Source: Podarcis cretensis
Lineage: Eukaryota
Direction: 5' to 3'
Assembly: GCA_951804945.1 (NCBI GenBank)
Contig: OX638154.1
Location: forward strand, 52,948,001-53,012,000
DNA: 64,000 nucleotides
Shown here: in pieces, positions 22,101-34,100 of the stretch
Position numbering within the stretch: the first letter of the stretch is position 1
Layout of the letters: each line of letters begins with the position of its first letter
Made by a program: the position numbers and the translations under genes
Notes under the pieces: generated by a model
Database searches by the model: none
What the model was told of the DNA's origin: nothing
What the model saw: only the letters and a program-made list of their open reading frames with translations

Positions 22101-25100
22101 GAGTTCTGGTGTTATGAGAGAGGAAGAACAACTTTTCTCTATATACTCTATGCCATGCTTAATGTTATAAACATATGTCACATCTCATGCACATTTTCTT
22201 TAAACTAAAAAGTCCCAAATCTGCAAGCTTCCTTCACAGGGGAGTTGCTCCATTTTCTTGATCATTTTGGTTGCCCTTTTGTGAACCTTTTCAAACAGAC
22301 AATATCCTTTTTGAGGTGAGGTGACCAGAACGGTACACAGAATTCCAAATGCAGTCACACCATAGATTTGTATAAAAGCATTATGGTATCAACAGTTTTA
22401 TTCTCAGTTCTTTTCCTAGTGATCCCTAGCATGGATTTTGCCTTTCTCACAGTTCCTGTACACTGGATCAACATCTTAATTGAGCTAACTACTATGGCCC
22501 CCAGGTCTTGTTCCTGGTCAATCACTGCTGCTTCAGACCCCATTGAGAGTATATGCGGCATTAAGATTTTTGCACCAGCATGCATTTCTCTACATTTGTT
22601 TACAACGAATTGCATTTATGTTTGCTCTTGATAATAAACTGTTCGGGATTGTTAAAACAAAGTGATTGTTTAAACTGAGTGAAAGTGCAGTAAAATGACC
22701 ATTTAGTATCATCACAACTTTTCCCCCCACAGGAAGCTTTTATTCATCATTTCAGGGAGACCCCTCCTGTAGAGCCTTTCAGAGCTGGAGATGGCTTTGA
22801 TCTATACATTGATGGAGCCCGCTTCCTGCCTGATGGTGTCACTGTTACCAGGGTCACTGCTCGCATCTTCACCAGTGGTTTCATGCAGTAAGGAAGAACA
22901 GTTCTCTGGGTTTTTCTTCCCTAAAATGCCATCTTTCCTCTGCTTCTCCCAGGCTGCATACGTGCTACGGGTGGAATTCAATGGGGCACTCTCACAATTG
23001 TTCTGTCTGTGCAAGCCTTCCAGACAGAATGACCCTCAGTCTCCTACCCCTGATTTTAATGTTTCTATGGTTATGTCCTGAAGCACGCAAAGGGTTTTGC
23101 TTCAGTTCAAGGTGCCACGACAACAGAGGAGCTTAACAATGCCCTCTTATGGAAAACATCTAGCTGAAGGTTGTTTCTGCTTCTTCCTTTCAGAATTGGG
23201 CCAGACATTTGCACTGGGATTGACCTGAATAGCAGCATATTTGATCCACTTTACAACTACTCAGTTGAAATCAGAGAGCCAGTGATAGCGCCTTGTGCAA
23301 CTCTTCTATTAAAGGTTTGTGTTGGTATGGGTAAAGGGCGAGCAAAGAATGCTGCCAATGAATGAAGCATGTCCTGTTGGGGGTCAAGAGTTAGGAAGTT
23401 AAGGATTTTTCCTTTCCTGGAATGGAGCTGGAACAACTCCCCTGTGTGGAAAAGTTACATCATTTGGGGCTTTTTAGTTTAGAAAAAAGAGTAAGGAGGC
23501 AAATGACGGAGCTGTATAAAATTATGCATGCTGAGGATAAACTGGATAGAGAGACATTTTTCTCCTCCTCTCATCATATTAGAACTGGGTGCTATTAATG
23601 GCTCCAGTGGCAGAGGCAACCTCCGAATACCAGTTGCTGGGGAACACAAGTGGGAAGCGTATTGTTGGGGTTAGGTCCTGCTATTTATTTACTGTTTAAT
23701 GCCAAAATAGGCTTCTAAGCAACCTACAAAATATAAGAGTTGCACAAACATTAAAATATAAACACCCATAATTAAAATGCAACAAAACATGTGTATACTA
23801 AAACAAAGTAGTAGTTAAAACTGGAGACTCAGGTCAAGAGATTAAGAGAATGCCTGTGTAAGCAGGCTGAGGCGTATCTTCAAAAGACAGCAGAATGCTT
23901 GCAGGCTTCCTATAGGCATCTAGTTGGCCACTATGAGAACAGCATGCTGGACTAGGTGGGCCTTTGGTCTGATTCTGCAGGGCTATTAATATATTTTTCA
24001 TGGAGGACATTATGGCAACATCTTCCTGACCTCCAACACAAAACAGAACTATGGGTCTAGCTGCCAGGGGGGGATGAACTAATGTCTCTTGGTATTTTAC
24101 AGGTTTATTCCATCAATCGCTTAACCTCTGAGCTCATCCAAATCGGTTGGGCAGCTCTCAATGTTTTTGTGCAACGTGGAACACACACAGCCCCTGAACC
24201 AGAGGCCAAGGGGATGCAGGTGAATTAACTGAAGGGGAGTTCAGGGGAAGCAGCCTCAGTTCTGAAAATGAAGTTAGGACATGGTTTATAATGCTGATAA
24301 GCTCCAGTAGGAAAATGCCTTCTTTCTTCATGGGTATTTCAGGAACTCTCATTCTTTTGCTGTCAACCAAAGTGCTACAAGAATGTTTCACATTCCCACT
24401 AGATCTCACAGGATAGGTTTTTACTATTAATGCTCATGCTTTCTAGTGCCATACCAAAAATCCCATCCCACCATAACTGCTGTGTGACCTGGAGCCCTAC
24501 CCAAAAATCTTGCTGTTTCTCCACAGTTCAGATGCAAATGGTAGGAGGGAAACACAATATATTTCCCATTACCTGTTTCCCAAGGAGGAGGAAAAAGGGT
24601 CTGTGGATAGATGTTGATTACTGTTTTCCTCAGGTCTCCCTCAATGATGGTGCTCATCAGCTCCGTATTTTTCACAACAGTCCCTGCCCAGATCAGCCCT
24701 TCTCTACCAGCTCTCTGACATCAATAGGACGGTGAGCCCCTCTCACTTACATCATTTCCAATTCCTTCCCCATCTTATCATCATAAAACCTTCCTAATAT
24801 CTGTCTTCTCACTTTCCCTGTAGGTATGTGCCCTGTGCAACCCTGCTAGTGAGGCTTATCAAGGCGCCTGTAAATTCCAGCCATAAAACTTTACAAAGAA
24901 GCATGGTCCCTCAGACAAACTGGGCCAAAGTGGGCCTCTTTCAGTCCAGGCCTGACTATTCTGATGGTGTCTATTATTCAGACTCGGCCAAGCCTACTGC
25001 AGGAGAAAGTTGCTTCTATGAAGCCATGACCAACAGGTAAACTGAGTTTCTGTCTCCTCAGTGGCTGAAGGATGGATGGAAGTTAAAAAGGTGGAATCAT

Positions 25101-26021
25101 AGCAATTGTGGAAAAGTCTCCCTTAAGAGGATTGCCAGCTATTACTTTTAAGAATTTTTGGTGTCACTGTAGTCGCATATATAAAAGCTGAGTCATTATA
25201 GTGTGTTCTATGGTGGACTATGTATTTGATGAGCCTATTGATTGGAAAAAAAATTTAATCAAAGGGCAGAAGGAACCTTACAAAACGTTAACAGTCCATC
25301 TTACATTCAAATCAGATTAACAGAAGGGTGAGCCAAGCATCTCGCCCCATGCATCAACACACTTTGGTAGGAAATGATAGAATTCCGTAACTGTGGGCTA
25401 CAGCAAAAACAGCTTTTTGTTTCACACAGGTCTGTTGTTTCAGTGCGGGAAATAGTTCACCAGCTTGAAGGTCCTAAGAGTTTAAGCACAGATGAGAAGA
25501 TTGTCACCTGGATCCATCAGAAACTAACCCGGGTGCCAGGCAGCAGTCCACAGCCATTCAGCCTCACCTATGTCTCCAGATACATTCCCACCTACGGCAT
25601 CAAGGTGAATAGCTATCACACTCACAGAAATGCCGTTTAGCACAAAATTTTATACATGGCTGGGATAGAATACTATAGAGATGGAAGAAAGCTGTGTTTA
25701 ACTCAGTAGTCACATCAATAGGAATGCTGGCTGCTTATAACCAGTCTTGAGTAATTTCTGCACTTGAAAATAGTTATCAACCTTTAACCTGGTCTCTGTT
25801 GCTGTGCCTTTAGCTACATGTTGATTAACAGGCATTTATCAACTTCTGAAGACAACCACTAGTATTCTTAATTTTCTAAACAAGTTGACTTTCTCAGCTG
25901 TATTACTTCATATTGCTAAGGACAAAAATTCTCTGCTCGCAGAAAACTGGCATGTCAGAGTAATTTGAAATGGTATAGTTGAGAAACAAATTTAGTATTT
26001 AATGTTTGTGAGCAAACTAAG

Positions 26022-26063
<42 letters not shown>

Positions 26064-29000
26064 AGTGCTCTTATCCAGACTGACATCTAATCTCTGTGGT
26101 ATTCCAGTTTGCATTGGACAGAGGCATGAATTTACCATGGTCTGGCTTGACAATCGCCCAATTCTGCTTCAATCCACCTGGGGCATGTTACTTTGGGGCG
26201 CAATGGCTGAAGTATGATTACCCCATCTTTGTTGAGGAGCTTGACAAAAACAGCTACCAGCAATGGCCTGTGTGGCTTGATGGCTTCAAGGTATCACATC
26301 CTTTATTTTGTTGTTCGTCACTCTGTAAGCCACCCTTCAGTCACAGGACTCTGAGAATGGCCTACAACTAAAAAAAGATGACACTGGGTGTTCCACTCAG
26401 CAAAGGATAGGCCGTTGCCTTTCAGTACGATGGGTCCCATGCTGTAAGAAGGAACCAATCTGTATTTCAACACTGGTTTATCTGGTATTTTTCACAAGTA
26501 ATCTGTCTTATTCAGCAGAGTCTACAGCAAAGTGGTTAATGCCTCCTGAGCCTAGTAAACAGTTAACTAAGATACACTGTGTGGAAGGTAACTAGGTGGA
26601 GTTTTAAGCAGAATTATTAGCTCCAGAAAAGTTCAGCAAAGTAGAAACATTCTCTCTAGTGAATTAGTATTGCAATAATTAGGCTGATTCCCTACCACCT
26701 ATGCCTACTAAATCTGTAGCCTATATTTTGATATCCTACTGGGGTTCAAACATTTTTGCTAGCAGCGAGGCTCAGGGTTCTTAATTTCTGTTCCACATAA
26801 AGGAAGTGTGTGCATTCCTTTCATAAATCCATTGCTGCCCAATTTTTTTTACAGAAACATGTCATATCACCAGCATTTACTCACTGCCTTATACCAGGGG
26901 GCTCCGGGTATGTGAAATTTAATTCTGTGTTAAGGAGACCTGGCATGATTTTGAATGAGGCAGTCTGCCCATGGTGGAGTACAGCGTAAGCTTTCTTACT
27001 GATGACCATATTTATTTCTAAACTCATATTTGTGAACCTGTACACAACAGGTGGCTCAGCCTTTCCTTTCAGAACCTGCAACTTGTTTTTCAGACCTGTC
27101 CCCACAGAGTTTACCATGAATATACAGCCATTATTATTCACCTGTACCAAGGTGTGGTGAATCCTGCCCAATGTGCCTCGGGTGAAAAAGAATGCCAAGC
27201 AGCACAAAGAAGAGTCATGCTAAAAGGGGAACAGTTACATTACACTCAGAAAAGTGGGGCATGGACAGCTCTTCATGTGTTTTCCAGAGGTTACTGCAAC
27301 ACTGGCATTTACCAACTGCCCTTATACCAGGGGGCTCCCAGTCAGGTATAGTTAACTTAACCAACCAGCTAAAAGTTAGACATACATGCCAATTTTCTTG
27401 CAAAAACAATCAAATTCCAGCAGCTGAGCAGGGGCATGCACTTATTAGCGCGCACGCGCACACACATATTCTGTACAATGTTTCCCTGCATCACCTGTAT
27501 AACACCATTCTGTCAAGCTGAAAGTTACCCACTTTTGAGCTTTATGTGAATGCAACAAGATGTTGTTTGGGGTGTGTACAAAATTAGTAAGCTTTACAAT
27601 GCTACTTTGTATTGTTTTGGGAACACTTCTCACTATTTCTCTCACTTAAGGAATCTCTTGCAGTAGTCTACTAAAAGAATGCTGCAAAGAAACAGTAGGT
27701 GGTTTGTTCTTTTCTGGTTCAAGGTTTGTTCTTTCCTTAACAGATCATCCTGGCTTCCTTATCTGAAGGGAAATGCAGCAACATTATGAAGAGCATGCTC
27801 CAAAAGAAAGAGGTATGAGACTAGTTAAGCATAGAGCAGTAGCTTCACAAAGCTTATCCAAGAAGTAAAACGGTGAAGTAAGGGGAGCACTTGCAATCCT
27901 TTTCTAGATCGTATTATAGAGGGTAGTAACAAAAACTGATGCAAAAGGTAGACTACACAAATCCCAATTTTCTCAAACACTACTGCAAGTGCAGAAAGTT
28001 CCAAGGAGCATGGCTGGCAAAGATTTTTGGGAGCAAGACAGAAGGTGGTTTGCAACATCAGCCCCACCATCATACAAATGGATTCCAAAATGTGTGTTTG
28101 TGCTGCAGAGAGATCCTCCTTGAAGGCTGCCAAGTCAGATAAACCAATGTACAAGACTATGTTTCTTTATAATGTAATCTTTAAATTGAAAATTTACCTG
28201 AACCAGTGGTTCTAAAATGTTTTTCTTTCAGCCACACTTCCAGAATAAAAACTTGCTCACGCCATACCAAATTGTTTGGTAAGAAATACATTGAGAGAAA
28301 AGAAACTCAAATTAGTGTTTTTTTGTAAATATATTTATACATAGTCCGCAAATAATTTTTTTTTTTATACTACTGTATACTACACTGAAATGTTTAAATA
28401 TTTGATTGTCCTTGAATCTTCTTGCCACACCCTTTGAGAACCACTGCTTTACAGATTCATTTGGGTGCAATGGGGAACATTTATGTGGTTTACTAACCCT
28501 GGAGTAGAAGGCTCCAGTATAGAGTAAGGAGGCACTTGGATATTCTGTAATTATATGAAAACCTCAACAGCCTCAGGTATGACAGGCGCCTGCAATCTAT
28601 GTAAGCCCTACTTTATCCCCAACGTTTCACCATTATTCTTGTTCAACAATCACACATATAAAAGAATGTACTTAATGCTATAGTTTGAAACTTCCAGATC
28701 CAGTTGGTGCCAGGTGCATCTGTGGTTGTGCGCATAGCAGATGGAAGATGGGATGAACTCAGATATACATCAGGGGTACGTATACTAGCTAAGTGAATCT
28801 AATCATCACAAACTTTTCATTCCACCCAGGAAAACAAAAGGATGAGCATACTAATTAACCATCCATTGGAGAAAACCAAAAGCAATCTCACTTTCATGTT
28901 TACCATTTATCAATTTTCTGTGCAGCCAAATTGTAAAACAGAGCCAGGTGACTTGGTTATAGTGGATTGTCAGAAATCACGTATACTAAAAAGGTTACCA

Positions 29001-29836
29001 GTCACTGTTCAGAGCACAAACTAACCACACATTAGATCATCACATCCTAGCTGACCTTGTCATTTGTTTCAGAGTATTGATCAATCTTATCTGCCAGAGA
29101 CAACAGATCTGTACAATAAGGAACCCTCTGGAAGAAAAATTGCAGAATTAATGTTGCAGGAGACTTCAAGAAAACAGGTAAAATTGGGCTATAGCTCTAC
29201 TTATGAATGGAACAATTTGTCAACTAGCAACAGCCACAGTGCAGCTCTCCTATGACATAAATGAAATTATAATTTAAGGTAACTGCAAGGTTTGAAGTAC
29301 ACCCATTCTAGTGAGATCAGAACAAATGGAACTTGCTACATACATTTCCTGACCGAAAGCTTTGCTCCACATTCTCCATACTGAAGAAATGAACCTATGC
29401 TGCCAATTCTTGTAGACCAGCAAGCAGCATATAAGCGGCACACAAAGCACTACCAAACCATTCTACGTTCTAAATCTTTTATTAATAATCCAAAAATTGA
29501 GAGAACAAGGTACAAGATCTACTAAAGAAGCCACAAACAGAAAACTCATTCAAATTGTGTCCAAAAGTAAGATTCAGGAGCCTGGCTAAAGGAACTTTAA
29601 AGACTGAATCTTCCTTTAGGACAAAATTTAAATGAGTTTTCTGTTTGTGGCTTCTGTCTCAATTTTTGGATTATTAATATAAGATTTAGAACGTAGAATG
29701 GTTTGGTGGTGCTTTGTGTGCCGCTTATGTGCTGCTTACTTCTTACTGGTCCACATTCTCCATAAGCAGTGCAGGTTTAATTGTGACTTGCATGTTTTTC
29801 TTTCAGATAAAGTTGAAGGCATTGGAACAAATTTAA
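19113..29836 (+). CDS. Intact ~775-codon multi-exon coding region with three C2-like modules; probable C-terminal extension of CCDC17 (or a separate uncharacterised gene)
   Basis: Exons 19113-19154 (tentative), 19472-19613, 19795-19887, 20838-21045, 21153-21259, 21740-21880, 22733-22887, 23194-23314, 24103-24219, 24634-24731, 24824-25036, 25430-25604, 26108-26290, 27094-27345, 27744-27812, 28698-28775, 29073-29177 (or read-through to TGA 29255), 29807-29836 (IKLKALEQI*). All are GT-AG, all phases join and there are no stops. Contains GFDLYIDGARFLPDGVTVTRV, IGWAALNVF, CATLLVRL, TGIYQLPLYQGAP. Confidence 0.85.
20054..20212. mobile_element. hAT MITE
   Basis: TIR CAGTGGCGTAGCGTGG / CCACGCTACGCCACTG with a perfect 8-bp TSD AATACTGT (20046-20053, 20213-20220). 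Confidence 0.88.
20222..20441. mobile_element. Tc1/mariner (Tigger-type) MITE
   Basis: TA|CAGTGGTATCTTGGGTTA...TAACCCGAGGTACCACTG|TA. Confidence 0.85.
22010..22615 (-). mobile_element. CR1-family LINE fragment (RT C-terminal part)
   Basis: Minus-strand ORF remnant QEQDLGAIV..KAKSMLGI..LYKSMV followed by LEFCVPFWSP; degenerate. Confidence 0.8.
23455..23985 (+). mobile_element. CR1 3' fragments interrupted by an antisense L2-like tail (~23662-23895)
   Basis: TTGGGGCTTTTTAGTTTAGAAAA..TATAAAATTATGCATG, later CTGGACTAGGTGGGCCTTTGGTCTGAT; the inner segment begins TATTTATTT. Confidence 0.55.
26024..26061. repeat. (GT)n microsatellite
   Basis: About 19 perfect GT units. Confidence 0.95.
28204..28446. 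mobile_element. hAT-like MITE
   Basis: Ends CAGTGGTTCTAAAA / TTTGAGAACCACTG; no clear TSD. Confidence 0.6.
29422..29737. repeat. Long near-perfect inverted repeat (fold-back), flanked by a 15-bp direct repeat
   Basis: Arms 29422-29577 and 29604-29737 are reverse complements apart from a ~22-nt bulge. TCCACATTCTCCATA occurs at 29366-29380 and 29750-29764. Confidence 0.9.
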
Positions 29837-30507
29837 AGAGAAGGAACAAGACATCTTAGGCTACATACTAGCTTACTCTACTGGCAATCATTGCAAGACT
29901 TTATTAAGTTTATGAAGAATGTCCATCCTGTAGCCTAATACCTCAAGTGGCCACCTGTGTTTTATTAGTGGTTATGGTAAAGTATATTAATGTGGCTGAC
30001 ATCTTGGCAGTGAATGAGGGATAATCACCTGCTTGAAGCAGCCATGCTATTTTGCTTTTTTAAAAAAACCCCAGGTGTCACTTCCTTACTTGGAAACTGC
30101 ACAAACATTGGCTGCTGTGCACCTAAACCTGCATCAGTTCTCCGGACTGAGTATTTTCCATATCTTCTTTATACCATTCCTAAGTAGTGGTTTAATTCTA
30201 GCACCCATGAGCCTCTCACCCTTATATCATCTCTCCCCAACAGAATCCTACTTTAACCTGGGCTCTTCTTCCAGCTGAGTTAATGTAATGTGTCTGACAC
30301 ACAAATGAGACATTTTGAATCAAACACAAGCCTGATTCAATTTTTTAGTTTGTCAAAGCAGATCTATTTTAAGTTCCACCCTTTGTCTTCCCTCCTATTT
30401 GCAGCTACTCTAGCCTGCACTCTGCTTGACTCCCACAAAATTTGCTAGGAGGCTCATCCTCTCAAAACTATTTCCAGTCTGACACAGTAGACATAAATGG
30501 TTTAGTG

Positions 30508-30766
30508 CAGGGGTCAGCAAACTTTTTCAGCAGGGGGCCAGTCCACTGTTCCTCAGACCTTGTGGGGGGCTGGACTATACATTTTTTTTGGGGGGGGGGG
30601 GATGAACGAATTCCTATGTCGCACAAATAACCCAGAGCTGCATTTTAAATTAAAAGGACACATTCTACTCATGTAAAAACACGCGGATTTCTGGACCGTC
30701 CGCGGGCCAGATTTAGAAGGTGATTGGGCCGGATCCAGCCCCTGGGCCTTAGTTTGCTTACCCATG
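30508..30766. mobile_element. hAT MITE
   Basis: TIR CAGGGGTCAGCAAACT / AGTTTGCTTACCCATG with a perfect 8-bp TSD GTTTAGTG (30500-30507, 30767-30774). Confidence 0.88.
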
Positions 30767-31174
30767 GTTTAGTGCTTCCTCAGACTTGCAGTTTCAAACT
30801 AAATCCAGGAAGAAATGCCACCAACATTTAGGCCCCATATCTGCTCAGTATCTAGGCCACAATTTTCTAACCACAAAAAAATGCTACTTTGCTTCCTAAA
30901 CCCTTACAAACCAGACATTTACAAGTTAGTACATCAAATGAAAGCCAGCCTGGCACTGCTGTTGTAGAACTGTCTAGGAGGCAGATGCAACCATCTTTAG
31001 GTCTGCTGATGGAGACAATAGGTATTTATGCATGAATACGGCTGAATTTTATCAAAAGGCAGTGTTAAATGTTTGAGTAATCTTTATTGAATACAAAAGT
31101 TGCCAAAAGTGAAAAAATACATTATATACAAAACCCACTGGCCTTGGGAGGGAGTGTCCAATATTAAAACTGTA

Positions 31175-34100
31175 TCATACAGCACTTTGAACTGTTTCAA
31201 CTTGTGGCCTTTCCTCTGCCTGTAAAAAAAAAAAAAAAAGTAATTTAGGACATGCATTTGTTTTATCTGACCAGTTTAATACAGCTCTTGAAAGCATTCA
31301 ACATACTTATGTACAATTGATTACTTAAATGTAGCATGGCTGCTGCTGCCTCTTGACCGAAGCCATTAACCAAATTACGCTTAATCTGTCTTAAATCTCT
31401 TTCTCTACTTCTGATAATGTAAAGAATTAGGACTCCTACATAAATAGTACTTTAAGCAAAGTTGCTATTTCAAAGCATCCAAGAGATACATACTGCATTC
31501 TGCAAGTATACAGAACTAGTCTAGCAGGTTTAGTTTAGACAGATTCCAACATGCATTTTGACACAAGCAAATTTCCAACTTTAAGTGGTCTGGGAGAGAA
31601 GACCAACAAGCAATTAAAGGCAGGCAGGAAAGATGAGCCTGGGAAACGGAAAATATACAGAAGACTCCTGACTCGACAGCCCACCTCCTCTTCCTTTTTC
31701 TCTGCAACCACATTTCCACTGGGGGTAGCATCACCACCACCATTGACAGCCGGTTCTGGTTTAGATTTCTTAGCTTCATTATCTCCCTGTTGAGTTTCTT
31801 CCTCGGGTTTCCTCTGAAGACAAAATTGTTTAGTCTTCACCAAGCACAATTTCAAATGTAAAGTATTAATAAAGAATTTCTAGTGCTATTATGCATTTAC
31901 TATTAATAAGCTGCCAACTGAACTGTGCTTTAAAACTGTTCTGGGCTACAGCAAAGGTTACAAGGTGCATATTGCTGCTTCAGCTATAGGAAAGTTGTCC
32001 TCCAATACTGAAAGCAATCTAGTTCTGGGTTACCTAACAGTCTACACATAGCTCTCAAAATCAGAAGGCAGACTGTAGAAGAGATCAAATATATGGAGAG
32101 ATTTTGTTAAGAGGGTATCTTTATTTTTGCCATTCTGTTAACATTGTATCTTTTCTCCTTTTCAATTAGATGCTATCAATAGACGGGCAGCCACTGTTGC
32201 ATATAAAAAGATTTCTCTTATATTTTTCGGAATGTCTCTACCCAAGATTCCTAACAGAAAGGCTTCTGGGTTCTTTAAAAATGTTAATTTGAATGTTTTT
32301 TCATCTCATCATAAATATTCCAAAAATTTTGGACTTTTCTGCATGTCCACCACGTATGATAAAAATCTCCCATTTTTTCTCCACACTTCCAACACTTATT
32401 CAAACTATTTTTATACATTTGAGATTTTTGATGGTGTAAGGTACCACCAAAACTGCATTTTCATCATATTTTCTTTGATGGTGTGACATGCAGTAAAGTT
32501 CATGTTAATTTTCCAGAGTGATTCCCATTCTCTCATCATAATGGGACATCCGATATCCTGCGCCCATCTAATCATGACCACCTTCACCTTCTCGACTTCC
32601 CAGTCAAGGAAGAGTCAGTACATCCTTGTGATAATCTTGGTGTCATTATTTAACAGCACTATTTCAAATTTAGAGGGCTCATTGGCAAATTCATTTTATT
32701 TGTCCTGTCTGAATGTCTCAAAAAGTTGATGATACACAGACTATGTGGAAATGGCTCAATTAACAAATAGGTTAAGAGGTAACACCAAATAATGATTTTC
32801 TCAAAAATGGGAAATGTTTAAGAGATACTTACAAAAAAATAACAGTGACATATTATCTATGGTAGTATTTGAATGACCCTTGTCTACATAAAATATTAAG
32901 AAATAAAGGAAAATTGGTATGCTAGGTTGTAAGAAAGTATTAAAAAATATTGTATTAATTGTAAGGTAATAATTATAAGTACATTCAATATCACAAATGT
33001 CAACTATATTGGGAAATCTATATTTCTTTTACTTTAATTTGTTGTTGTTTTACTTTATGTACCATTATATGATTTTAGCTTAGCTGATACCTAAGTGGAA
33101 TTAGGTTAAATTAACATTCTAAATTAAACAAATTTAAGAATATGTATATATTGTATGTATGTGTAAAGTTAAATTTGTAATGACATTAATGAATTTCAAT
33201 AAATAATTTTTTCATCAAAAAAAGGGGGGTATCTTAAGATACAAATAGTTTGCTTGTTTTAGACTGTCTTTGCTATTTTAACCAATTCTCCTTTCCACTT
33301 GAAATATGGGAACCCAGCTCAGCCTGGCTGTGACATTGTTTATATGTATTTTGTGCTACCTGTAAAATCTGAATCTCTACCCTGGACAATTTTGCAGGTC
33401 CCCAACACATCTAAATTCTCAAGAGCCTGCAGGACCCACACAATTAAGCTTTGAAATTAAACCAGGGTGAGTCAGATGAGCACAGCACAGCACAAAACCA
33501 TCAAAAGCTACCAAATGCGCTAGATGGTTCTCAGGCTGATTGGCTCCCAGTGGAGAAGATATTATGCAGGATTTCTAAAATTTGTAGAAGCAGAATGATC
33601 GAAGCTTTTAAGTGATGGCTTAAGTCAGACATAGGCAAACTCGGCCCACCAGATGTTTTGGGACTACAACTCCCATCATCCCTGACCACTGTTCCTGTTA
33701 GCTAGGGATGGTGGGAGCTGTAGTCCCAAAACATCTGGAGGGCCAAGTTTGCCTACACCTGGTTCAAGTACTGCAAGCCAGTGGTTACCTATTTTTGTTA
33801 GTTGTATAGGACACAAACCTTTTTTCTAACAAGATGGGAGATGTCTGTAATACACTGAGGAGCTCCATCAGTTTTTTGCCCAGGTGAGATCTGTTACAAA
33901 ACAGAAGGCAAAATATGAAATACTATAGAACAGCAGAATTAAACTGCTTGCTTTAGGGATTAGTATCACTTACAGCTGAAGCTGGATTGCTTTCAGTTGC
34001 CTGTGGAAAACTAGAAGATGATCCACCAACCTGGAAACAAAGAGATCTATCAGTCTAAAAGTCACTATTAAAAGCCTACTGGGACTAAACTATAAACATG

